64,000 nt of DNA from Flavobacteriales bacterium (GTDB lineage: Bacteria > Bacteroidota > Bacteroidia > Flavobacteriales_F > PHOS-HE28). Below the pieces are notes generated by a model. It saw only the letters and a list, made by a program, of their open reading frames with translations, was not told where the DNA came from and ran no database searches. The DNA lies in assembly GCA_016710685.1 (NCBI GenBank), contig JADJVC010000006.1, positions 626,709 to 690,708 of the forward strand, written 5' to 3'. Within the stretch, counting starts at the first letter, position 1. Each line of letters starts with the position of its first letter. The translations under genes and the position numbers were made by a program. Positions 57,443 through 64,000 of the stretch are shown here, piece after piece.

Positions 57443-57754
57443 TCAGTTTTTGCGTTTCAAAAGTTGTAGCCCGTTCACCGCCAGCGTATCGCCGTTCAAA
57501 GTACCCAAACTCGCCATGCCGTTGTTGGGCCGAAGCAGCAGGTTCTTTCCATCACGCAACTAGGTGCCCTTCACTGTTTGCCCCAAAAGTTCCATGGTGA
57601 AATAATACTGCCCATCTGGCCGAAGTTCCAACGTGGCGGATTGCATGCCATCCATGTCCAAGCCATTGATCGTGCCATAAACTTCGGATTGTTCCATGGT
57701 TCTGCCGCATGCTAATTGGCACAACAGAATCAAGGGGAGGAGCCGGCGTTTCAT
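57443..57754 (-). pseudogene. Small NlpE-N/META-like lipoprotein interrupted by an in-frame TAG (57560-57562)
   Basis: MKRRLLPLILLCQLAC (lipobox)...GQYYFTMELLGQTVKGT-TAG-LRDGKNLLLRPNNGMASLGTLNGDTLAVNGLQLLKRKN*. The 38 codons after the TAG continue the family-like G(T)W..DG..L.L....GD.L pattern, so TGG to TAG is the simplest explanation. Confidence 0.55.
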
Positions 57755-57801
57755 TGCGCATGGGTGGCATCGCTCATCGGGGTCCACAGTGGGATCACGT
57801 T

Positions 57802-59037
57802 TTACTGTTTCACAAGCGTCACCCGGTGGATTACTTTCAGGTCTTTCCAAAAGAAAGCCGTGTACATCCCAGAGGCTCGGCCAGTCAGGTTCAGAACGGT
57901 TTCCGAGCGGATTATGCGGTCTACAACCAGCTTGCCTTGTGGGTCGTAGAGGATTACGCGCACAGGTTGGTCATCCGTAGGCTGTACGGTGATCTGCTCG
58001 GCGAAAGGGTTTGGGTAGACGGAGATGTTGGCGGCCGAGTGTAGCTGGTCAACATCGGATGTGATGTCCACCCAGATCGAGTCTATTCCGGAACGGTAGT
58101 TCGTTTGACTCCATCTTCCTCTGGAATCCAAGGCCCGCATGAAGAGGCGGTGGTAGGAATTATTGTCGAAACTCGCGGGCACCGCCACTTGGTCGACTTC
58201 ACCCACGAGATCGGCGCTGCTGGTGGAAGCATCGTATGGCATGCCCAATCCGACCCCAGGGTCCTCATCCCAGAAGTATTCCATGCGGACGATCAAGCCT
58301 GATGTGCTGTCCTCGATCAATACGGGAATATTGTTCGTGTGGCTCCATTTCCCATTGGCGTCAACGGACCGGATGAAAAGACTGTTTATGCCAATTGTCG
58401 CACCTGGCGCATCAGCAAGAAGATCGGCATTCATGACATCACCAGCGCCTCCGACCCCGGCGTCCATTGCAGCCCCGAACCCCGGATCGGTGTTCAAGAA
58501 GTACTCCGTCCGAGCAATCTCTGGGAGCGCTGGGAGGGCGAACACGTTGAATGGCCGGGCATTCGTGTGGCTCCATCGCCCTTGTGCGTCTCGGCTTCGG
58601 GAGAAAAGGATATTGACGCCCGGCACCAAGCTGGCAAGACTTGCCGTGTACATTGCGTCCTGGACATTCGGTGTTCCGTCCGCGTTTGCATCGGTCCCGG
58701 CACCATAACCGGGGTCGTTGTTGAGGAAATATTCGGTCAGCTCGATTGGTTCTGTGCTTGGTTGAGCGACGATATTAATTGGTGAGCAGTTCGTATGGCT
58801 CCATATGCCGTTCGAAGTGCGTGTGCGAAAGCCCACCACATGGACACCGACCGAAAGGCCGCTCAGAGGCAAGTTGAATGCGGTATTGGGAACTTCGGCT
58901 TGGTTCAGAAAGTCGAATGAGGTCGCCTCCCCTAACCCGGGATCGGTGTCCAACCAGTACTCGCCACTGGCCATTGGTTGACCGAGGCCGATGTTGACCC
59001 ATGCCAGCATAGCCAAAAATGGTGCGAAGCGTAGCAT
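57802..59037 (-). CDS. Tandem-repeat protein TR2 (four ~80-aa repeats) with T9SS C-terminal sorting domain
   Basis: The repeats begin GEYWLDTDPGLG, TEYFLNNDPGYG, TEYFLNTDPGFG and MEYFWDEDPGVG, and each ends ..R..D..G.WS(H/Q)TN. The CTD is ..ISVYPNPFAEQITVQ...GMYTAFFWKDLKVIHRVTLVKQ. The ATG at 59037 lies 5 nt after the beta-helix 3 stop. The ORF-track TTG is at 59046. Confidence 0.75.
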   Translation of the reverse strand: MLRFAPFLAMLAWVNIGLGQPMASGEYWLDTDPGLGEATSFDFLNQAEVPNTAFNLPLSGLSVGVHVVGFRTRTSNGIWSHTNCSPINIVAQPSTEPIELTEYFLNNDPGYGAGTDANADGTPNVQDAMYTASLASLVPGVNILFSRSRDAQGRWSHTNARPFNVFALPALPEIARTEYFLNTDPGFGAAMDAGVGGAGDVMNADLLADAPGATIGINSLFIRSVDANGKWSHTNNIPVLIEDSTSGLIVRMEYFWDEDPGVGLGMPYDASTSSADLVGEVDQVAVPASFDNNSYHRLFMRALDSRGRWSQTNYRSGIDSIWVDITSDVDQLHSAANISVYPNPFAEQITVQPTDDQPVRVILYDPQGKLVVDRIIRSETVLNLTGRASGMYTAFFWKDLKVIHRVTLVKQ

Positions 59038-59042
59038 GGGAC

Positions 59043-60088
59043 TCAATTGTTGCTTCGTGTGCTCAATGTGACCTCGATCGTTCCACCTTGAATGGCGGCG
59101 GCTGGAACGGTTAGTTCGTAGATGGTCGGGATCGCTGGAATGCCGCTCGGGATGTATGGTGAGATCCCTCCGTAAATGCCCAATTGAAGACCGTCATCCC
59201 CGGCAGTCAGATAGGGAGAGTTGGAGGGCAGTTTCCACTTGGTGTCGTCCGAGGTGAACGCCGGATTGAACACGTTGGTCATAGGTATGCTGTTCACGTT
59301 GTTGTTTCCAGCGGGCAGGCTGGTGGCCCCGGCAGCGATGTTGTGATGAATGTCATTGTCATTGATGTTCACCGAACCAAGGCGGAGGATGTTGTTCTTG
59401 AAGATGGATCCCCAGAGATCCTGGACCGTGTTGTAATCGAAGAGGTTGTTCGCGACAGTCACATTGCTGAAGGAATTTTCCAGATCGATCGCCCCATTGA
59501 AGTAATTATTGGAGATTACCACATTGCTTACGTATTGGCTGTAGCCGCCCGTGGCAATGCCGGATAAGTTGAAGTAGTTACCGGTAACGATGTATCCACT
59601 GAACGGCAAATTAGGGGTTTGGTCGAAAATCAAGCCGTCGCTGTCGAAAAAATTGCGGATGGCCGTAATGTTCTCCACATCGTTGATGTACAGGCCTGCA
59701 TACGGGCCATTAAATCGAATTCCAGTAAAGACACTACCGTCTGACCCCTGCCGCCAACGTGATCGGTCGCCGTCGCCATCTGGTTGTTCGCCTGTAAATC
59801 AGGGTTGTTGGCCGTCCCCATCCCAAGCTTGAAACCCGGTCCTATCAAGACGATCGGTTTGGCCATGGTCACACTGCCGTAGTTCATCGGCGAAGCTTCC
59901 AGATGGATGGTGTCGCGTGCTCCGTTCGCACTCACGAAAGGATTTGCTACTGCCTCGGCCAGGTCAGTGAAACAATGGTCACAATTGCTTGCCAGCACAG
60001 GGTTGTTATTCACCCGCCAAATGGTGGCGTTGCTCAAAATCGGTGACAGGATAAATGCGACGGCAACGATTAATGCTGAGGCTTTCAT
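59043..60088 (-). pseudogene. Right-handed beta-helix repeat protein 3 (secreted), one frameshift (ORFs 59630..60088 and 59043..59678)
   Basis: MKASALIVAVAFILSPILSNATIWRVNNN...DTIHLEASPMNYGSVTMAKPIVLIGPG. Adding one base to C-run 59745-59748 gives ..HVGGRGSDGSVFTGIRFNGPYAGLYINDVENITAIRNFF.. (beta-helix rungs). The C-terminal ..LGIYGGISPYIPSGIPAIP.. is shared with beta-helices A and B. Confidence 0.75.
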
Positions 60089-60265
60089 GGGTGCGTGTTT
60101 TTGGGTTTTATTCCCGTTTCAGGAACCCAAAAATCCCCACCGCTTCACTCTTCGAATAGCCCCCCTGAGCATCCGGCGGCAACGATCGAGAATACGGCAG
60201 GATGGCATTCGTCCCATCAAGGACTAAGCAGTAGACCTTGTATGCAATAACTGGAGCAAGAGCAA

Positions 60266-61009
60266 CTACAACCGCCCCAACGCCTCCATCAGCTCCGCCT
60301 TCTGCCTGCGGCTTACCGGCAGGTTGCTGCCGTCGCACATCACCACTTCGCCGCCCTCGCCCTTGATGTAGCGCTTGATGTGCTTGCGGTGAACGAGGTG
60401 GCTTTGGTGGACGCGCACAAAACCTTGCGGCACCAAGAACGCATCAAATTCACTTAATGGGCGGCTCACCACCTGTGGCTTTTTCTCATCACGCAGGTAC
60501 ACCTCCGTGTAGTTGTTGTCGCTGGTGCAGTAGAGAATGTCGTCGATCTGCACCATGTACAATCCCTCGCCGGTGGGCAGGGCGATCTGGCGGTCGTTTT
60601 CCAGTTGGTGCAACAATCCGCTTACGCCGGGGTGCCCGTTGCCTTTCGCCAATGCCGCAACAGCCTTGTGTATGGCATCATCCAGCTCTTCCGGCACCAC
60701 GGGCTTCAGCAAAAAATCCAGCGCGTTGAATCGGATGGCGCGCACTGCATAGCCTTCGTGCGCTGTGGTGAAGATCACATGCGGACGGACCGGTGCAATG
60801 GCTTTCAGCAGGTCGAAGCCGGTCATGCGCCCCATTTCCACATCCAAGAAGAGCAGGTCCGGCTGCTCTTTGCGTACCAATGCAATTCCACTGGGCACGT
60901 CGGTGGCCATGCCGATTACCTGAATGTCCGGATGCCGTTCCTTCAGCAACGCCGAAAGCGTGTCGCGGCATTGGGCTTCATCATCGACGAGCACTGCGGT
61001 GGCGGCCAT
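60266..61009 (-). CDS. LytR/AlgR-family response regulator (REC plus LytTR DNA-binding domain)
   Basis: ..AVLVDDEAQCRDTL..DLLFLDVEMGRMTGFDLL.. (REC) and the C-terminal ..YCTSDNNYTEVYL....FVRVHQSHLVHRKHI.. (LytTR). Confidence 0.85.
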   Translation of the reverse strand: MAATAVLVDDEAQCRDTLSALLKERHPDIQVIGMATDVPSGIALVRKEQPDLLFLDVEMGRMTGFDLLKAIAPVRPHVIFTTAHEGYAVRAIRFNALDFLLKPVVPEELDDAIHKAVAALAKGNGHPGVSGLLHQLENDRQIALPTGEGLYMVQIDDILYCTSDNNYTEVYLRDEKKPQVVSRPLSEFDAFLVPQGFVRVHQSHLVHRKHIKRYIKGEGGEVVMCDGSNLPVSRRQKAELMEALGRL

Positions 61010-61216
61010 GGAGCACGGATTATTGGCGATGAAATTAGGTGGTTCCGGGAAAAAAACAAATCGATGAACTCAGACTGTTGCGCGGCTAAGGTCATGTGGC
61101 GTTACAAATCATTGAATAAGGCCGATAAACGCAGATAAATAACGGCTTTGAACTCCCTGATCTGCTGATTCAACCTCCTGCCATTGATCCAAGTGCTTGT
61201 GGCACCTGCTCTGTTC

Positions 61217-63562
61217 TCACACCGGGATCACGACCTCAACACACGTCCCCTTCGGACATTCCAAATACCGGAAGCCCGCAGGCCGTCCTTTCTGCTCGGC
61301 CAATTGGTCTAAGCGCTCTTTGGTGATCACCGTGCCCAAGGACTTCCTTCCCGTGCCTGCGGGCTTGTCCTTCGGCATGCCGAGCCCGTCATCGCTGATG
61401 GTGACGACCAAGGCGCCGTTGCGCATCTTTATGTTGATCTCTACTTTCCCATGACCGACTTTGCCGGCCATGCCATGCCATACGGCATTCTCCACAAAGG
61501 GCTGCAAAACCAAGGGCGGCACCATGGTTTCTGCCTGATCGATCGCGGGGTCCACGGTGATGCTGGTATCAAACGCATTTCCTGACCGGGCCTGTTCCAA
61601 TTCCATGTATATGCCGAGCGCTTCGATGTCGCTCGACAAAGGCACTTCATTTCTCCGGCTGTTTTCCAACACGATCCTCATCAGCTTGCTGAAACGGGCA
61701 ATGAAGCCGTGTGCTTTTTCCGGTTCCTGCTGGCGGATGAACGCGCTGATGCTGTTGAGCGCATTGAAGATGAAGTGCGGGTTCATTTGCGCGCGCAGGG
61801 CCTTGATCTCCAACTGCGCGGCTTGTTTAGCGTAGCGTTCCCGCCTGCGTTTGCGGTCCAGTGCGAAGGCCGCATAACCGCCCACGGAGAGCAGTAGGCC
61901 GCCACCTGCCAGGCCGATACTTCGTCGGCGCACGCGACCTACGCTTTCCTCCGAAGACTTTCGTTCCATGTTCAAGGCTTGGGCGTGGGCCAGGCTGTCC
62001 GCATACTGCCGTTTTGCGAAGCCGTGCCGCAGTTCAGTTTGCGCTAGCCGCGCCGTTACTTCCACGCCCTCCAACGAGTCCTTTAAGGTGGTCCAACTGT
62101 CTTTGTACTCCAAGGCTTTTTCATATTGGCCCAAGTTCCGATAGGCGAAGGATAGCCGGTTCAAGGCCAGTAGCCGCAAACTGGCGTAGTGGCCATTTTC
62201 AGCTAAGGGTAATGCCTCCTTTAATATGTTGATCGCAGCGTTCCAGTGCTCACGCGCGATCTCGTTCGAGGCCATGTCGATCAAACTGCTCGTGGCCCAT
62301 TTTTGATCTCCCAATTCGGTAAAATACTGATGGACCTGCGCAACTGCTGTGTAGGATTCGTCGAAGCGGCCTTCCCAATTCAGGATGGCGGCCCTCGACT
62401 TCGCGCCGTATGCCACCAGTTCCATATCTTGCAAGACTTGAACGGTGTGTTCCGCGTCCTTCACCATACGCATGGCCGTGTCGAAACGCGTTGTATGGTC
62501 GTAGCCCAAAGTGCGGCTTTCCGAACTGTCCAAGCTTACCCGGAATTTGGCAGCATACATACTGAGCATGGCTTTTTCGCGAGGCATGTCCAAACTGTCC
62601 GCAATGAGCATGGCCAAGTTCCAGCGTTTCACTACCTCTTCCGGGCCAAGAATGTCCCAATAGCAATAGCCGATCAACTTCAGGACGTCAACACGGTCAC
62701 GTTGGTCGCCGGCACGCACGAGCGCTTCATCCGCCAGATTGGCCGTCTTAGCGCATTGGTCACTAAGGCCTTGATCCATCTGGGCGAGGGCCGATCCATG
62801 CAAAGTGATGCCCTCGGCATAGGCGCCCCCGGCTTGTTGGGCACTAACCAATGCTTCCCCGTACAGCAGTTCCGCACCCTGCGGGTCCGCACCGTTGAGG
62901 TGTGCAAGGGCATGTGCGGCTTTGAAACGCCAAAGCAGTTCCAGATCGCCGCGCACTTCCAAGGCGGGGCGAATTAAATTCGCAAGCGAGTCGGCTTGGG
63001 CTTGTTCTTTCCGTGAGGCAAGCACCTTCAGTTGCGCAATCCGGCAACGCAGGTAGAGTTCCGGGTCAGGTGGACCTTTTTCTCCGTGAAAGAGACTGTT
63101 CAATAGGCTGTCCGAAGCGTCCCATTTACGGTCGCCAAGCTGCCACAAGGCCCGATAATATGTTGCCCAAGGGGCATAAGCCAGTGGCGCACCCGCCACA
63201 TCAAATCCTTCCAGCTCTTCCATGTACGCGGCAAACCCCGGAGCACGGTTGTGCAACAAGACTTCCGCTTTCATGGCGCGTGCCTTTAGCACTAAGCGGG
63301 CATCGTGTTCTGCTGCGGCAAAAGTCTCCAACCGGCCCACGTTCGCCAATGCGCTGTCCTCATTTCCATAGAGCCGCTCTTGCGCGATCCGAAAAACGGA
63401 AGTACTATCAACACCGCTTACTTCTTTAGTGCCTGAGGTTGGTGAACATCCAACGGCCAGCAGTGCTATGCACAAACTAACGACGGGCAATAACTGCCGA
63501 CAATGCGCAATATGTCCTGATGAATAAGCCATGGCCACCACAGCCCCACCAGTGCCGGGCAT
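61217..63562 (-). CDS. LytS/YehU-type sensor histidine kinase with a large TPR-like N-terminal region
   Basis: The C-terminus carries ..LRAQMNPHFIFNALNSI.. (His_kinase PF06580-type) plus a HATPase (..VENAVWHG...ISDDGLGMP..). One TM helix (GGGLLLSVGGYAAFAL) follows ~500 aa of TPR-like helices. An alternative start is at 63532. Confidence 0.85.
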   Translation of the reverse strand: MPGTGGAVVAMAYSSGHIAHCRQLLPVVSLCIALLAVGCSPTSGTKEVSGVDSTSVFRIAQERLYGNEDSALANVGRLETFAAAEHDARLVLKARAMKAEVLLHNRAPGFAAYMEELEGFDVAGAPLAYAPWATYYRALWQLGDRKWDASDSLLNSLFHGEKGPPDPELYLRCRIAQLKVLASRKEQAQADSLANLIRPALEVRGDLELLWRFKAAHALAHLNGADPQGAELLYGEALVSAQQAGGAYAEGITLHGSALAQMDQGLSDQCAKTANLADEALVRAGDQRDRVDVLKLIGYCYWDILGPEEVVKRWNLAMLIADSLDMPREKAMLSMYAAKFRVSLDSSESRTLGYDHTTRFDTAMRMVKDAEHTVQVLQDMELVAYGAKSRAAILNWEGRFDESYTAVAQVHQYFTELGDQKWATSSLIDMASNEIAREHWNAAINILKEALPLAENGHYASLRLLALNRLSFAYRNLGQYEKALEYKDSWTTLKDSLEGVEVTARLAQTELRHGFAKRQYADSLAHAQALNMERKSSEESVGRVRRRSIGLAGGGLLLSVGGYAAFALDRKRRRERYAKQAAQLEIKALRAQMNPHFIFNALNSISAFIRQQEPEKAHGFIARFSKLMRIVLENSRRNEVPLSSDIEALGIYMELEQARSGNAFDTSITVDPAIDQAETMVPPLVLQPFVENAVWHGMAGKVGHGKVEINIKMRNGALVVTISDDGLGMPKDKPAGTGRKSLGTVITKERLDQLAEQKGRPAGFRYLECPKGTCVEVVIPV

Positions 63563-63667
63563 GCGGGGAAAGATATGGCTTTGACTAATACCTCAAAAAG
63601 AACCAGAGGTCTGCCGTGCGAGATCCGATATGTATCGGACCTGCAGGAGCGCCTGATGGATCAATCA

Positions 63668-64000
63668 CTACTTCTCCAGCACCAAGCTCACCGAATTCAT
63701 ACAATACCGCAGCCCGGTCGGCTTCGGCCCATCATCGAACACATGGCCGAGGTGCGCGTCACAGCGTGGACATACGACCTCCGTGCGTTCCATGCCCAAG
63801 CTGCCATCACCCCGATGGTCCACGCTGGTGGGCGTTAAGGGCTGGTAAAAGCTGGGCCATCCTGTGCCACTGTGGAATTCGGTACCAGCATCGTATAGCG
63901 GATGGCCGCACACCGCACATACGAAGGTGCCGTCGCCTTTGTAATCCGTGTATTTGCCTGTGAATGGCCGTTCCGTGCCGCCGTTGAAGGCAATGTTGAA
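63668..64000 (-). CDS. msrB: Peptide-methionine (R)-S-oxide reductase MsrB, 5' end outside the window
   Basis: ..GTERPFTGKYTDYKGDGTFVCAVCGHPLYDAGTEFHSGTGWPSFYQP...VVCPRCDAHLGHVFDDGP.PTGLRYCMNS. This shows both CxxC pairs and the catalytic RYC motif. The frame is open to base 64000. Confidence 0.85.
   Translation of the reverse strand, partial: FNIAFNGGTERPFTGKYTDYKGDGTFVCAVCGHPLYDAGTEFHSGTGWPSFYQPLTPTSVDHRGDGSLGMERTEVVCPRCDAHLGHVFDDGPKPTGLRYCMNSVSLVLEK

Noticed and set aside
57560-57562. Stop-codon reassignment of TAG
   Set aside because: TAG terminates well-defined genes in this window at the expected family length (for example alaS at 8807-8809), so it functions as a stop here.

Overview
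Visibly GC-rich chromosomal segment with Bacteroidota hallmarks: many proteins end in T9SS (Por) C-terminal sorting domains, and the syntenic block miaB / sigma-54 activator / lptE-like / TPR protein / secG / groES / groEL is present. I saw no rRNA, tRNA, CRISPR array, transposase, integrase or phage gene. The window has four parts. (1) 1-20.9 kb holds housekeeping and envelope genes: fbp, two secreted nucleases, hldD, MerR plus M23 peptidase, alaS, a REC-AAA+ sigma-54 activator, MFS and APC transporters, Ppx/GppA, an ABC-2 exporter, a desaturase and an LpxL-like acyltransferase. (2) 21.2-39 kb holds three very large minus-strand T9SS surface-protein genes. They share a C-terminal cassette and the same terminator stem. 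(3) 39.1-47.3 kb is an accessory locus of beta-helix and tandem-repeat T9SS proteins, flanked by a truncated LuxR-type regulator and a divergent ECF sigma / anti-sigma / TPR-CHAT operon. (4) 47.6-64 kb is one long minus-strand run: groESL, secG, lptE-like, sigma-54 activator, miaB, OMP, CsgG-like protein, lipoproteins, a second beta-helix plus tandem-repeat pair, a LytTR/LytS-type two-component system and msrB. At about 19 sites a reading frame breaks at a short mononucleotide run and continues in a neighbouring frame. This hits housekeeping genes as well as accessory genes, so most apparent pseudogenes are probably sequencing or assembly indels. The most interesting items are: the paralogous beta-helix/tandem-repeat cassettes with their dedicated regulators and a shared bipartite upstream motif; the recombination-prone adhesin family; in-frame palindromic and duplicated 42-nt insertions in miaB; a strand-specific G-U compensated 111-nt hairpin element; and a possible sigma-54 promoter bracketed by a perfect inverted repeat.
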